From assembly GCA_041736175.1 (NCBI GenBank), contig JBGSUI010000148.1, positions 63,640 to 127,639 of the forward strand: a stretch of DNA of 64,000 nt, written 5' to 3'. The notes below the pieces were generated by a model, which worked only from the letters and a program-made list of their open reading frames with translations, was not told the DNA's origin and did not search any database. The stretch's first letter is position 1; each line of letters begins with the position of its first letter. Position numbers and translations under genes: made by a program. Source of the stretch: Oligoflexales bacterium (GTDB lineage: Bacteria; Bdellovibrionota_B; Oligoflexia; Oligoflexales; CAIYRB01). Shown one piece after another: positions 38,540 through 48,994 of the stretch.

Positions 38540-39943
38540 CTAAATGCGTAAAAATTGTTTAGCCACCGATGGTAGTTTGCGGGTGATAGCCCACATATCG
38601 CTCCAGGTCGGCTGCGCCGCTTTTAGCAGGACTGGTGTGGCGATCCGCCCTAGTGATACCTTAGGATCAAGTCCCCTTGCAAGACCTTCGATGGTCAGGA
38701 GGCTCTTAGCCATCATCATAAGCCCCTCGGGTATGGGGATTTCTACTCGCGCGGCCGCGTTAAGGCAGGCTTCCAGGAGTTCCTGCATGGTCGGTTTTTT
38801 GGCCGGGTCCTCCCGCCCGCGGGCGATGAGTTTAGCGACGCCTTTGAGTTCGCCCATCAGGTCGTCTCGTTCAACTTTTTGGCCACCATCCTCGGCCATC
38901 ACCAGCAAAGCGTCCACGAGACGTTCTTTATCCATAGCCAGCACGGCCTTTAGGATTGCAGCGATATGGACCCGGTCGGTTTCCATCAGCTCACCGGAAA
39001 GTCCCCAGTCAAAGATACCCACAGTGCCATCGTCGAGTAGGATAAGGTTCCCCGCATGGGGATCGCCATGGAAGAGTCCGAGTTCAAAGACTTGGACCAG
39101 GAGTTCGCTGAGGACCGATTTAGCCAGTTTTTGTTTGATGCGTTCGTCGAGAGCCACTTTGCTAGTGACCACATCCGAAAGGGGGATTCCCCTAAACCGC
39201 TCGACGATAAGCACGCGATCGGAGCCCATGGTCGGGTGTACGGCTGGGATAACCAGGGATTTTTGTTTTTTGTTGCGGAGCTTTCCATGGACTTTGAGGA
39301 TGGTTTCCCGCTCCCTGCTAAGGGAGAGTTCTTGGCGAAATCCCAGGCAAAGCTCGCTCAGCTCTCGCAGCACCCGTCTTGAAGTCTGGGTGACGGCCAG
39401 GGGCTCGACGAGACCCATAAGCTGTTCGAGTGCCATCACGGTCTCGGTGAGCCGTTGTCGTGCGTGGGGCTTCACTACTTTGATCACCCATTCTTTCTGT
39501 TGGGTGTCCGTGGCTCCATGGACCTGGGCGAGGGAGGCGACTCCCAGGGGGTGTTTTTCCATCTGGAGCTCTTTACGCCAGCCGGGGATCTCCTCATCTA
39601 GAGTTTTTTCCACCTCACTGACATCCATGGGGGGCCAGTCTTTATAGAGCCGTGTCAGCTGCATTTGTTCTGCCAGCTCTTGGGACTTGGGCGAAAGTCG
39701 CGACAAGGCCATTTGTCCTGCCTTGCCATAGATCGGCCCGAGGGCATCCAATAACTCTACGGAGGATTGGCCTAAAAGCTCAAAGAATTTATTGACGCTC
39801 ATCAGTCCGTCAAGGGATGGGTCCTTAAGGACGGAGCGGCCTAAGGTCAAGGGAAAGCCCACAAGACCATGGCGAACCCATGCAAGGGAGATGCGGCTTA
39901 GTTCTTTTGGAATCGCAAGGGTCGTGCCCATAGCCAACAACAT
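38540..39943 (-). CDS. ABC1/UbiB (AarF) family atypical kinase
   Basis: LGPIYGKAGQ, ASLAQVH, VIKV, FHGDPHAGN and FDWG. Confidence 0.92.
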   Translation of the reverse strand: MLLAMGTTLAIPKELSRISLAWVRHGLVGFPLTLGRSVLKDPSLDGLMSVNKFFELLGQSSVELLDALGPIYGKAGQMALSRLSPKSQELAEQMQLTRLYKDWPPMDVSEVEKTLDEEIPGWRKELQMEKHPLGVASLAQVHGATDTQQKEWVIKVVKPHARQRLTETVMALEQLMGLVEPLAVTQTSRRVLRELSELCLGFRQELSLSRERETILKVHGKLRNKKQKSLVIPAVHPTMGSDRVLIVERFRGIPLSDVVTSKVALDERIKQKLAKSVLSELLVQVFELGLFHGDPHAGNLILLDDGTVGIFDWGLSGELMETDRVHIAAILKAVLAMDKERLVDALLVMAEDGGQKVERDDLMGELKGVAKLIARGREDPAKKPTMQELLEACLNAAARVEIPIPEGLMMMAKSLLTIEGLARGLDPKVSLGRIATPVLLKAAQPTWSDMWAITRKLPSVAKQFLRI

Positions 39944-40112
39944 CGATGTATTCCTTCAACAGGTGGGATTTTTAATGTATTTATGCAATAATCTTCGTCA
40001 GTCCTAGTTTCGATGGTAGCATGGAGTTTTAGGGTACACAAACTCCGGTGGAGTCTTGGATTTATTTAGGTGACCTGGTGAAGGGATCAACCAACAAAAT
40101 AGGTGAAGAATT

Positions 40113-40889
40113 ATGAAGACCAAAGCCGAGATTGTCCACAATTGGTTGCCACGCTACACAGGTACCCCTCTTGAAGAGTTTGGCCCTTATATTTTATTGA
40201 CTAATTTTGCAGACTATGTGCAGAAATTTGCCCAGCGTTTTGGAGTTCCGGTGCGGGGGGAGGGTCGCCCTATGATTACGGCAAGCGATCCGAAGTCAGG
40301 ACTGACCATCATTAATTTTGGTATCGGTTCTCCCAATGCAGCTACGATTATGGATTTGATCTGTGCCACGGATCCCAAAGCAGTTTTGTTTTTAGGTAAA
40401 TGTGGTGGAATCAAAAAAACCACCGAAATAGGTCATTTTATTCTCCCCATTGCGGCCATAAGAGGGGAGGGGACTTCCAACGACTACCTACCACCCGAAG
40501 TCCCGGCGCTACCATCCTTTAAGCTCCATAAATTTGTCTCCGAAAAAATCGTCGAAGCCAATCTCGATTATCGGACAGGAGTGGTCTATACCACAAATAG
40601 ACGGGTGTGGGAGCACGACGATCCCTTTAAAGAAAGGCTACGCCACCTTAAAGTGATTGGCATCGATATGGAGACTGCAACTGTCTTTACGGTAGGGGTC
40701 GCTAACGAAATCCCCCGAGGGGCCTTGCTCTTGGTTTCTGATATGCCGATGACCCCCGATGGTGTAAAAACCGACACGAGCGACAAATCAGTCACTGCCC
40801 GCTTTGTGGATTTGCACCTGGATATTGGCATCAAAGCGATGACGGAGATTGGGTCTAAAGGAGAGAAGATTAAGCACTTCACCTACTGA
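40113..40889 (+). CDS. amn: AMP nucleosidase (short form)
   Basis: NWLPRYTG, NFGIGSPNAATIMDL, LGKCGG, RGEGTS and DMETAT. Confidence 0.92.
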   Translation: MKTKAEIVHNWLPRYTGTPLEEFGPYILLTNFADYVQKFAQRFGVPVRGEGRPMITASDPKSGLTIINFGIGSPNAATIMDLICATDPKAVLFLGKCGGIKKTTEIGHFILPIAAIRGEGTSNDYLPPEVPALPSFKLHKFVSEKIVEANLDYRTGVVYTTNRRVWEHDDPFKERLRHLKVIGIDMETATVFTVGVANEIPRGALLLVSDMPMTPDGVKTDTSDKSVTARFVDLHLDIGIKAMTEIGSKGEKIKHFTY

Positions 40890-40951
40890 GATGTCTAGAA
40901 AGGTTTGGTAGAGCCTGAGAGACGAAACCGATGGAGGGCGGGGGAGTGGGG

Positions 40952-42211
40952 ATGTTTGGTTTGAGCTTGAGAGTGCACCTTATAGTGCTTTTTTTGGGTC
41001 TGATAGAAACCCCTGCTCTGTCAGCCCCTTTGGTCCAACACCGCGTCCAGGTTTATCGGCTGGAATCTGCAGAACTCCAGGGCACCACAAGGCTGACGAT
41101 GGCCCAGGTTTCGGCAGAACTAGGGCTTGTGGTAGGTATGTCCCTTGATGATGATCTGGTGATGACGTCACGGGCAAAGTTATTAGGTTTAGGGCTTTTT
41201 AAATCGGTGACTTTAGTGATGCGCAAAGGCTCAAAGCCAGGATGGGCTAAGCTGATTATCGAAGTGGAAGACGACAGCTCAGTCCTGGGCGACTGGGCTT
41301 TGGGAGGGTCCCTAGGAGTCTCCGTGGCTGACAGCAAGGCATCTCCTGCGGTTCCAGGCACCAATATTCCTATGAATTTTCGATTGGGTTTGATCGGACG
41401 AAACCTCTTAGGTGATCTCCACCGGGGATCGGGTTTTGTAGACTTCGATGATAAAGGCTTGGTGCGGGAAGCTTTATTTTCCTATGGTTCGCCAAAGTTT
41501 GCCCGGGAGGCGGCGCAGTTTGATACGGAAATCGCGGTGGTAGATCCTAGGTACCGGTTTATGGATTCAAAGGGGTTTGGTGCTAAAGGCCAAGGTCTAT
41601 GGACCCAAAACCTTTCGGATACCCTTAATGGAGATTTGATTTATGGTGTAGCCATGTACCTAAACCAAAAAGAAAGGTTTACGGTTCCTGGATTTCCCAA
41701 GAGCGTTGTCGGACCTAAGGTGGGTTATTATCGGGAAACACGGCTCCATGGGTTTTTTCCCCAGGAGGGGGCTCTGTTTAGCTCCTCGATATTGGTCAAC
41801 CCCATCGAGTTTCACTCGTCGGTGATCGAGCTTAAAATCGCCCAGACTTTAGAGCTTGCTTCGAACCTGCTGCTGACTGTGGACACCTCGTTGACAACCG
41901 TTGGGGTCCAAGGTTATGCGGGACGAGGTGAGTTACGATTTGACCTCCCCTTTATCAGTAGCGATCCTAATGCAGACCAAGCTGCGGGTTATCTAAGTTT
42001 CCAAGGGGGACAGGACCGCACCAAACAAACCAACTTAGTGGGCACGGCTGCCGTTTTAGGACTGCGCTATCATAGTTCGGGGTTTATCGCGGATATCGGA
42101 CTTAAAATCACCCATTCGCCGGAAGAACTCGCTCCTAAAAACACCCTGACTAAGGCCTGTAGGGGACTCCCGGAACCTTACCTCGGGTGGGAGGGGCAGG
42201 GATGCCCATAA
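40952..42211 (+). CDS. POTRA-domain outer-membrane beta-barrel protein (BamA/TamA-like, small)
   Basis: Signal peptide; POTRA pattern GTTRL...KLLGLGLFKSV...LIIEVED; RNLLG; alternating beta strands. Confidence 0.7.
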   Translation: MFGLSLRVHLIVLFLGLIETPALSAPLVQHRVQVYRLESAELQGTTRLTMAQVSAELGLVVGMSLDDDLVMTSRAKLLGLGLFKSVTLVMRKGSKPGWAKLIIEVEDDSSVLGDWALGGSLGVSVADSKASPAVPGTNIPMNFRLGLIGRNLLGDLHRGSGFVDFDDKGLVREALFSYGSPKFAREAAQFDTEIAVVDPRYRFMDSKGFGAKGQGLWTQNLSDTLNGDLIYGVAMYLNQKERFTVPGFPKSVVGPKVGYYRETRLHGFFPQEGALFSSSILVNPIEFHSSVIELKIAQTLELASNLLLTVDTSLTTVGVQGYAGRGELRFDLPFISSDPNADQAAGYLSFQGGQDRTKQTNLVGTAAVLGLRYHSSGFIADIGLKITHSPEELAPKNTLTKACRGLPEPYLGWEGQGCP

Positions 42212-43167
42212 GATCGACAAAAGGGATGTTCTCTCTGCTCGGTTGGTTGGTGATGGGATCACAGCATCTGTGGGCAGATTCACCAGCTTTAAAAACTGCG
42301 CCCGATCCCCCTGCTCTCCCCGCTCTCCCTGCTCTCCCAGCTCCCGTCACCATGTCGCCTAAGGTTGGTCCGCCGCCCCCACCGGAGGCCAACCGCCGCG
42401 CCTCCGTCCAGTGGTTGATAGCTCCTAGGATAGCTCCTAGGATAGATCCTAGGATAGATCCTAGCTATGGGGTTGTTCCCCCACGCCTTAAAATCCAGCT
42501 TACTAAGCTTCTCTCCCCCAAACAGGTAAACCTTTTAGAGGGTGGGTTTACCACGGTGAGCCAACTCCTCATCTCTGAACCTAAATCTGATCCTAAAAAA
42601 AATAGGAAATCAGAGGCCCCCTTAGAAGCCAAGGAGCTTCCACCGGACGATGAAGAGCCAGAGGACCAAGACGATGCCGAAGCCTTAGGGATGACGGTCC
42701 CCCTCCGTCAAGTATCATGCTCAGTAAAATTCGACGCCTGGCAGGAGTCTTTCGAAGTCATCAAGCTTATGGATCATCCCGAGAAAACCTCCAGCGAAGC
42801 GGTGATCGTCAAAGATCTCGATGCCTTTGGCGAACTCTGTTTAACGGCAGAAGTTGAGTTTAACCATTCAAATCAAACCCTACTCCAGCAGGGGGGAGTT
42901 CTCTTGGCAACGATGATTGTTAGACAAACCTCTCAGGAAGAAACCGCAAAGATCAAAGGTTGGTTGATCAAACAACAGTCGGGAGTGATCCAAGGTCTCT
43001 TCTCCCATATGCTTGGTGAGTTGACTCTCCAACAAAAGGTACACACCGAGCTGCTGATTCCTCCTGCTCCCGCTTCCCCGCTGCCTTCGACCCCTGGTCG
43101 CTTACCACCTCGGACCCAACAACTTAAAAAGCCCAAGATAGCCGGTAAAGGAGGAGCCGATCTATGA
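42202..43167 (+). CDS. Secreted Pro-rich hypothetical protein (DUF4390-like position upstream of an NtrY-like kinase)
   Basis: Signal peptide and CSVKFDAWQESFEV; overlaps both neighbouring genes. Confidence 0.6.
   Translation: MPIRSTKGMFSLLGWLVMGSQHLWADSPALKTAPDPPALPALPALPAPVTMSPKVGPPPPPEANRRASVQWLIAPRIAPRIDPRIDPSYGVVPPRLKIQLTKLLSPKQVNLLEGGFTTVSQLLISEPKSDPKKNRKSEAPLEAKELPPDDEEPEDQDDAEALGMTVPLRQVSCSVKFDAWQESFEVIKLMDHPEKTSSEAVIVKDLDAFGELCLTAEVEFNHSNQTLLQQGGVLLATMIVRQTSQEETAKIKGWLIKQQSGVIQGLFSHMLGELTLQQKVHTELLIPPAPASPLPSTPGRLPPRTQQLKKPKIAGKGGADL
42310..42345 (+). repeat. 4 x 9-bp in-frame tandem repeat (PAL PAL PAL PAP)
   Basis: CCTGCTCTC CCCGCTCTC CCTGCTCTC CCAGCTCCC. Confidence 0.9.
42418..42465 (+). 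repeat. 4 x 12-bp in-frame tandem repeat (IAPR IAPR IDPR IDPS)
   Basis: ATAGCTCCTAGG x2, ATAGATCCTAGG, ATAGATCCTAGC. Confidence 0.92.
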
Positions 43168-44657
43168 TGGAAACGCAGAGTCTCCTTAAGATGCGGTGGC
43201 ATGAATCCTGGATTATGCGGGCTGCGGCGATGGCATCCATGATCTTGCTGTTAGGCTTTGCGGTCAGTGGATTTTTCACCTATAGCAGTATCGAGTCCAT
43301 AGCCAGTATCGCCCACGATCCAGAGATCGAAGCATCCCTGGGGACCCATCTAGAAAGCCTTAAGAAAATCCATGAACTCAATCAGAGTCTTATTGAGACG
43401 AGGCTCTCTGCCAGCCTAGGACCAGTCCTGGCAAACCCAGGGGCTGGAATCACGGTAGAGACCCTAAAGCCCATGGTCACCCTGGCGGTTAAGGGGACCG
43501 AACTGGCACAGTCCCCGTGGGTGATCACGGAGTCCGCAAAGGGCCAGGCCACGGTCCATGACTTACCCCTGATCAAATGGCTCAACCAAGAAAAACTACA
43601 GGTGTTTAAGTTTACCATCGAGTTTCCGCGAGGCTCTACCTACGGGATCTTTAAGGCGACCGAAGACCTTAGGCAGCGCTACCAAGTGGTCGGACTTAAG
43701 CTCGAAGCCCATATCATTCCCAGTCTTATTAAGGCAAGTGTCGTCGTCTTGATCGTCTCGTTTTTAGTCCTTGTCAGCCTGTTTTTTGCCTATGCTCAGC
43801 GGTTTAAAGCCGGCATCAACGAGGTGATCGAAGGCTTTAGTATCTGGTCCGAAAAAGACGCTAAATTTAGGTTTGATGACACCTATCCCGGAGAACTCAG
43901 GCTTATCACCCACCAATTCAACGAAATGGCAGACGAAGTGGAATCCAACCGGCAAAATAGCCTTTATTTGGAAAAGATCGCCTCCTGGCAGATCATCGCT
44001 CGCAAGCTTGCCCATGAAATCAAAAATCCACTGACACCCATCCAGATGATGGTGAGCCAACTCAAACGGCGCTACAAAGGCGACGACCCAGCTTTTGGCA
44101 AGCTTCTCGAAGAAGCCCAGGCCATCATTACTGAAGAGGTGGCTGGACTTCGGAGGATGGTCGACAGCTTTTCGCAGTTTGCGCGTTTGCCCGAACCAAA
44201 ACCCCAGCGGGCTAATATCGTCCAGCTCTGTCAGCATGTTTTGGATTTGCAAAAAAACATCTTTCCAGAACATAGCTTTTCTCTCAAAAGCAGCGCACCT
44301 GCCCTCTGGGCGGTCGTCGACGAAGACTTGATCCGCCAGGTGGTTCTTAATATCGTCAAAAATGCCGGTGAAGCCTGCCAGAATCGCTCGGCTGCCATCT
44401 GCATCAGACTTTCAGAGACGCCGACGGAAGTGGTGATAGAAGTCAACGACAATGGTGACGGGATTCCGCCGGATTTGATCGGTCGAATCTTTGAAGCTTA
44501 TTTTACGACTAAACATACGGGACCCAGTCCAGGGATGGGGCTTGGTTTGGCCGTCTGCCAGAAGATTGTGATTGACCATGGGGGGACTATGACTGTTAAG
44601 AGTCAAAAGGGTGATACGACTTTTACGATTCGGATTCCAAAAATATGGGCGGCCTAG
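43164..44657 (+). CDS. Membrane sensor histidine kinase, NtrY-like
   Basis: Two TM helices, HAMP-like region, [31 protein letters not shown] and GMGLGL. Confidence 0.9.
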   Translation: MMETQSLLKMRWHESWIMRAAAMASMILLLGFAVSGFFTYSSIESIASIAHDPEIEASLGTHLESLKKIHELNQSLIETRLSASLGPVLANPGAGITVETLKPMVTLAVKGTELAQSPWVITESAKGQATVHDLPLIKWLNQEKLQVFKFTIEFPRGSTYGIFKATEDLRQRYQVVGLKLEAHIIPSLIKASVVVLIVSFLVLVSLFFAYAQRFKAGINEVIEGFSIWSEKDAKFRFDDTYPGELRLITHQFNEMADEVESNRQNSLYLEKIASWQIIARKLAHEIKNPLTPIQMMVSQLKRRYKGDDPAFGKLLEEAQAIITEEVAGLRRMVDSFSQFARLPEPKPQRANIVQLCQHVLDLQKNIFPEHSFSLKSSAPALWAVVDEDLIRQVVLNIVKNAGEACQNRSAAICIRLSETPTEVVIEVNDNGDGIPPDLIGRIFEAYFTTKHTGPSPGMGLGLAVCQKIVIDHGGTMTVKSQKGDTTFTIRIPKIWAA

Positions 44658-44718
44658 GGGTTCGAAGCCGGTAGCCCTAAACTTAAGACTTATGATTCCT
44701 CTTGAAGGACTTACAGAG

Positions 44719-46209
44719 ATGAATGTAGTGACAAAACCAAAATCAGATATTATTCGAAATCGAAAAATCCTGGTTGTGGATGACCATAGGAACATAAGAA
44801 TCAGTTTGCGGATGACTTTAGAAGGTGAGGGGGCGTTGATCACCGAAGCTGATTCGGTCCAGGCTGCTTTCAGTAAGATTGGGACCATTCAGGAGGGTCA
44901 CAACCTCGGTTTTGACTGTATCCTCCTCGATATTAGGATGCCCGACGGGAGCGGCATGGATCTCTTAAAGCGCCTTTCGGAGGCCAAATGGGCTTCGCGA
45001 GTGATTATCATCTCGGGCGAAGGCACCGTGGCTGATGCCTTTCGGGCCACCCAGATGGGTGCCTTTGACTATATTGAAAAACCCTTTGGCGAAGAACGGA
45101 TTATCGTTTGCGTCGCCAGGTGCCTCGATTTTAATAGGCTGGCCAATGACAAAGAAAAACTTGAGGAACGGGTCCGCAACCAAGAAATCCTTGGCAACCA
45201 TCCAGCGATTCAGGAAATCATGCGGCTGATCGCTCGGGTGGCCCCCACCAATGGCCGGGTGTTGATCCGAGGCGAAAGCGGCACCGGAAAAGAGCTTGTG
45301 GCGCGGGCCCTCCACCGTCAATCCACCCGCGCAGATAAACCATTGATTAAGGTCAACTGTGCGGCGATCCCTTCGAGTTTGATCGAGAGCGAACTCTTCG
45401 GCCACGAAAAAGGAGCTTTTACCGGAGCGATTAAACAGCGCAAAGGAGTGTTTGAACGGGCCGATGGGGGGACTTTGTTTCTCGATGAAATCGGTGAACT
45501 GAGCCTTGATGTACAGGCCAAACTCTTGCGGGTTCTCCAAAACGGCGACATCCAGCGGGTCGGTGGCGAAGCAGCGATCACGGTCGACGTAAGACTCCTC
45601 GCAGCGACCAACCGTGATCTCGCCGATATGGTCCAGCACGGGGAGTACCGCGAGGACCTCTATTATCGTCTTAACGTCGTGACCCTCCAGCTTCCGCCCT
45701 TGCGCCAGCGGGTGAGCGATATTATCAGTCTAGCCGAAGTGTTTCTTAAGGAAGCCTGCCAAGAACATTCCCTAGGCGACAAATCCTTAAGCCCCCATGC
45801 CCAAAAACTCCTGGAGTCCTATCATTGGCCAGGAAATATCAGGGAGCTACGCAATATCATCGAAAGGACCGCCATCCTTAGCGAGGAGTCCGTGATCGAC
45901 ACCATCGACGGTCTTACTTTAGGAGGGGGAGCCCCCCTTAAACCCGACCAAAAAAGATTGGTGGAACCGCCCACCAACCTTACTCCAAGCGACCTGCCCG
46001 CCGCTGAAGGAGAGTTTCATTTCTCAAGTCTTGCGGCACCCTGGCAGGACTTTCACGAGGCTGCTGGGAAGGCTTATCTCAAGTTTATTTTAAAGGCCAC
46101 CCAAGGCAACGTCAGCGAGGCTGCCCGTCTCCTCTGTCTCGAAAGAGCCTACCTGCACCGGTTGATGAAAAAACTGGGCATCCAAAGGGAGATTATCGTC
46201 AGTGACTAA
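44719..46209 (+). CDS. Sigma54-dependent response regulator (NtrC/NtrX family)
   Basis: Receiver domain (LVVDD, LLDIRMP, KP), [29 protein letters not shown] and Fis-type HTH. Confidence 0.95.
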   Translation: MNVVTKPKSDIIRNRKILVVDDHRNIRISLRMTLEGEGALITEADSVQAAFSKIGTIQEGHNLGFDCILLDIRMPDGSGMDLLKRLSEAKWASRVIIISGEGTVADAFRATQMGAFDYIEKPFGEERIIVCVARCLDFNRLANDKEKLEERVRNQEILGNHPAIQEIMRLIARVAPTNGRVLIRGESGTGKELVARALHRQSTRADKPLIKVNCAAIPSSLIESELFGHEKGAFTGAIKQRKGVFERADGGTLFLDEIGELSLDVQAKLLRVLQNGDIQRVGGEAAITVDVRLLAATNRDLADMVQHGEYREDLYYRLNVVTLQLPPLRQRVSDIISLAEVFLKEACQEHSLGDKSLSPHAQKLLESYHWPGNIRELRNIIERTAILSEESVIDTIDGLTLGGGAPLKPDQKRLVEPPTNLTPSDLPAAEGEFHFSSLAAPWQDFHEAAGKAYLKFILKATQGNVSEAARLLCLERAYLHRLMKKLGIQREIIVSD

Positions 46210-46309
46210 GAGAGAAAGAATCCTCTGATTTGCAATCCAGCATCAATAAGTTTAGATTGAGGCTTGAGCCCGTGAGCCGACCTTAACATTTAACAGCAAG
46301 GGATACCCC

Positions 46310-47311
46310 ATGCAGACGATTCAAGTGGTTTTTGTCCTGTCCGTAGTAACAGTCTTTGTGGGTGGATTGGCTTTTTACTTTTGGAGGCGTTCGACTAGTC
46401 TCTATGCACTTCTGGTGGAAGGGGCAAACCGCTTCGAAGAGTTGCGTCACCAGGCTATGGCTTTTGAAGCCAAAACAAAAGATCAGGAAGCTAAAGTCAG
46501 GGACTTTCATGTCAAGGCGCTTCAGGCGGACAAAGCTTCCTTAGAGGCGAAAAGCCATGCTCAAGAGTTGGTCAAAGCCTTTGAAGATAAATCCAAAGAA
46601 CTGGCCTATGTCACCGACAAGTTGGAACGCCAAAAGAGCTATTTGGAAGGTCTTGTGGCCAAACAGTCTGAGCAGATCCAAGGTTTAGAAAGCGGGCGTG
46701 CTCTCTTAGAGGCCGAGCTAGCGGCTGAGCGGGTGGACTGGGCCGACAAAATAGAAAAACTACGCCATTCTCTCGACTCCCAGGGGACAGTTTTTAATGA
46801 CCAGCTCAAAACCCTAAAGGCAGACTTTGAAAAATCCCAGCAGGATTTAAAACAGGTCACTAAAAAAGCCGCAGAGGTTGATCCCGTAGAGTTCAAAAAA
46901 CTGCGCCGCAAGGTCAGCCAGTATGCCCGGCTTTATATCACGATGAAGGGTCTTAAGGAGATGGCCGAAGAGCGGAGCCATAACTGGGAAGTCGCCCTCG
47001 CCAAACTCTCCACCTGGATCATCCACCAAAAACAGGGAGCCAGAGCGACGCTCCCCAAAGAGCTGGGACCCTTGGTTGGGACCGCCCTTAAGGCGGCTGG
47101 GCAACAACTGATTCACGACGAAGACGACGTGGTGGACGCCATGAGTCCCCCCCGGACCCCACCCGCTCCATCGGATCTTGATGCGGCCGTGGCAAGCCAT
47201 CTTGCTGCGAACAAACCGGCTGAGACCAAACCAGCTGAGACCCCAGAAAAGGAGGGATCGCGAGCCCATGAGCCCGCCCAGGCTGACGTCTTGGCAGATG
47301 TCTCCCTATGA
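46310..47311 (+). CDS. Membrane-anchored coiled-coil protein
   Basis: N-terminal TM helix followed by a long heptad-rich region. Confidence 0.75.
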   Translation: MQTIQVVFVLSVVTVFVGGLAFYFWRRSTSLYALLVEGANRFEELRHQAMAFEAKTKDQEAKVRDFHVKALQADKASLEAKSHAQELVKAFEDKSKELAYVTDKLERQKSYLEGLVAKQSEQIQGLESGRALLEAELAAERVDWADKIEKLRHSLDSQGTVFNDQLKTLKADFEKSQQDLKQVTKKAAEVDPVEFKKLRRKVSQYARLYITMKGLKEMAEERSHNWEVALAKLSTWIIHQKQGARATLPKELGPLVGTALKAAGQQLIHDEDDVVDAMSPPRTPPAPSDLDAAVASHLAANKPAETKPAETPEKEGSRAHEPAQADVLADVSL

Positions 47312-47973
47312 GGCCATGGCTTGTCCTCCAAGGGATCCTGTCGGATAACCGTCGTGAGCGGATGCTCCGGGCAGCGGCCCTAAGGACCACCCGCTTGCGA
47401 GTCGTCTTACAAGATACGTATCATTCACACAATATTTCAGCCTGCCTGCGGACTGCCGAGGCCCTTGGGGTCCAAAATATTGACCTGGTGGCCATGCGAA
47501 ACCGATTTAAACCCACAGGAGTCACCCGGGGTGTGGAACGTTGGCTGTCCCTCCGTCATTTTGCGGGGATTGAAGCCTCGGGAGAGTTTTTAAACTCCCA
47601 GGGGTTTCATGTCACCGCCGCATCTTTACAGGGGGATTTCCTAACAGTTCCCCCCTTGACCCTGGAGACGATCCCTTTGGACCGTCCGGTGGCCTTGGTT
47701 TTTGGCAACGAAAAGGATGGCGTCGATCCTCGCTGGCAGGGCTACCTCCACTCCACCTTTACCATCCCGATGGTCGGACTGGTGGAAAGCCTTAACATCT
47801 CTGTCTGTGCTGCCATAGCTCTCTACCAGCTTAACGCCCGACTGGCGCCCCATTGGGGTGAGTCCTACCGCGTTAGCACCGAGGAGCAGGAAGTCCTGCT
47901 GGATCAGTGGATTTGTCGGCATTTTCCCCATTGGAAGGGCCTTATGACCCGAGTCCTTGAGAAGCAAGCGTAA
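47308..47973 (+). CDS. trmH: TrmH/SpoU family RNA 2'-O-methyltransferase
   Basis: HNISACLRTAEALG, LVFGNEKDGV and IPMVGLVESLNISV. Confidence 0.85.
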   Translation: MRPWLVLQGILSDNRRERMLRAAALRTTRLRVVLQDTYHSHNISACLRTAEALGVQNIDLVAMRNRFKPTGVTRGVERWLSLRHFAGIEASGEFLNSQGFHVTAASLQGDFLTVPPLTLETIPLDRPVALVFGNEKDGVDPRWQGYLHSTFTIPMVGLVESLNISVCAAIALYQLNARLAPHWGESYRVSTEEQEVLLDQWICRHFPHWKGLMTRVLEKQA

Positions 47974-48868
47974 GGTAGCCTTCCCGATAGCTGGGGTAGC
48001 GAAACTTAAATCCAAGGCGGCTGACCTTTGCTGAAGAAACCCGTTTGTTGCCGCGGTGGCGGATCAACTCTATCCTGTCGGTCTCCCCCAAGGCTAGGGT
48101 CGGGGTGCCAAAGGTTTCCCACAGAAACTGTATCACCTGGTTGCGGTCGGCGGCTGCTGTGTCGACTCCGTTGAGGATTTGGTTCAGGCAGCTCCCGTGG
48201 GATGCCGCAAACACGGCGAGCCGGGCCCCGTCGTCCACATGGATCCGGTTGCTATAGAGGGGCGGACCCTTGTAGATAGGCTCGACAGATTGGATGACCC
48301 GGTCAAGCAGAGACCGACGTCCTGGCCCGTAGAGCCCTCCATAGCGGAGGATGGTCCAGGGGATGTGAGCCTTGGTCCCCGCATCCATCAGAGCTTTTTC
48401 TCCCGCCACGATCCACTGACTCCCTCCTGTTGTGGCGAGATTCTGAGAGGTTTCATCCACCCAGCTTCCATGGCCTTCGGCGTAGACGGAGGTACTTGAG
48501 GTCAGAATCATCGAAAAACGGCCCGGGTCAGATTGTTTTTTAAGGATATCGATTACGGAGCAGAGCCCATGGAGATAGGTTTTTTGGTAGGCACTCTCAC
48601 CGCCCCCATCGGGGCTAAGGGCATAGACGAGGATGGCCCTGCCTAAGGGTGCGAGGATGCTGGTGAGCTGGTCAAGCCCTTCGTCCTTAAAGATATCAAG
48701 ACTCCCTAGGGTCAGGCCCTGAGGCTCTAAATGCCAGGGAGATCTTTTAAAGGCAAAGACCGGGCTAAAACCTGCCAGAAAAGCCTCCCGTGCAATCCTA
48801 AGACCCAGGTAGCCAGCACCGAGGATGACCATGGGAATGGGAGTCGGCATGGAGTGTGGGTTCGTCAT
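47942..48868 (-). CDS. NAD-dependent epimerase/dehydratase (atypical SDR, YeeZ-like)
   Basis: GAGYLG, SSTSVY, LRYGGLYGPGR, NRIHVDD and YPSYREG. Confidence 0.9.
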   Translation of the reverse strand: MTNPHSMPTPIPMVILGAGYLGLRIAREAFLAGFSPVFAFKRSPWHLEPQGLTLGSLDIFKDEGLDQLTSILAPLGRAILVYALSPDGGGESAYQKTYLHGLCSVIDILKKQSDPGRFSMILTSSTSVYAEGHGSWVDETSQNLATTGGSQWIVAGEKALMDAGTKAHIPWTILRYGGLYGPGRRSLLDRVIQSVEPIYKGPPLYSNRIHVDDGARLAVFAASHGSCLNQILNGVDTAAADRNQVIQFLWETFGTPTLALGETDRIELIRHRGNKRVSSAKVSRLGFKFRYPSYREGYLTLASQGLGS

Positions 48869-48994
48869 GTAAAAACTCGCCGAACAAAGGGTTTAGAGGC
48901 TTGCGAGGAGGCCCGGTTCTACATCCACCTCGAAACGGCATGGGCCACCGTTCCGATACTTTTCAGCTCCCCTAAAATATGTTCTTATAAATCT

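Noticed and set aside
38544..39647. 367-aa plus-strand ORF
   Set aside because: Antisense shadow of the well-supported UbiB kinase; Ser/Arg-rich with no motifs. The same applies to most other overlapping short ORFs in the track (e.g. 7804-8625, 44965-45639, 33573-34193).
2264..42465. Short repeats as CRISPR arrays
   Set aside because: Units are 9-12 bp, directly adjacent, without spacers, and no cas genes are present.
48731..48994. N-terminal extension of the 299-aa ORF
   Set aside because: Overlaps the start of the divergent SDR gene; the hydrophobic segment and paralogue similarity begin only after Met 48995.
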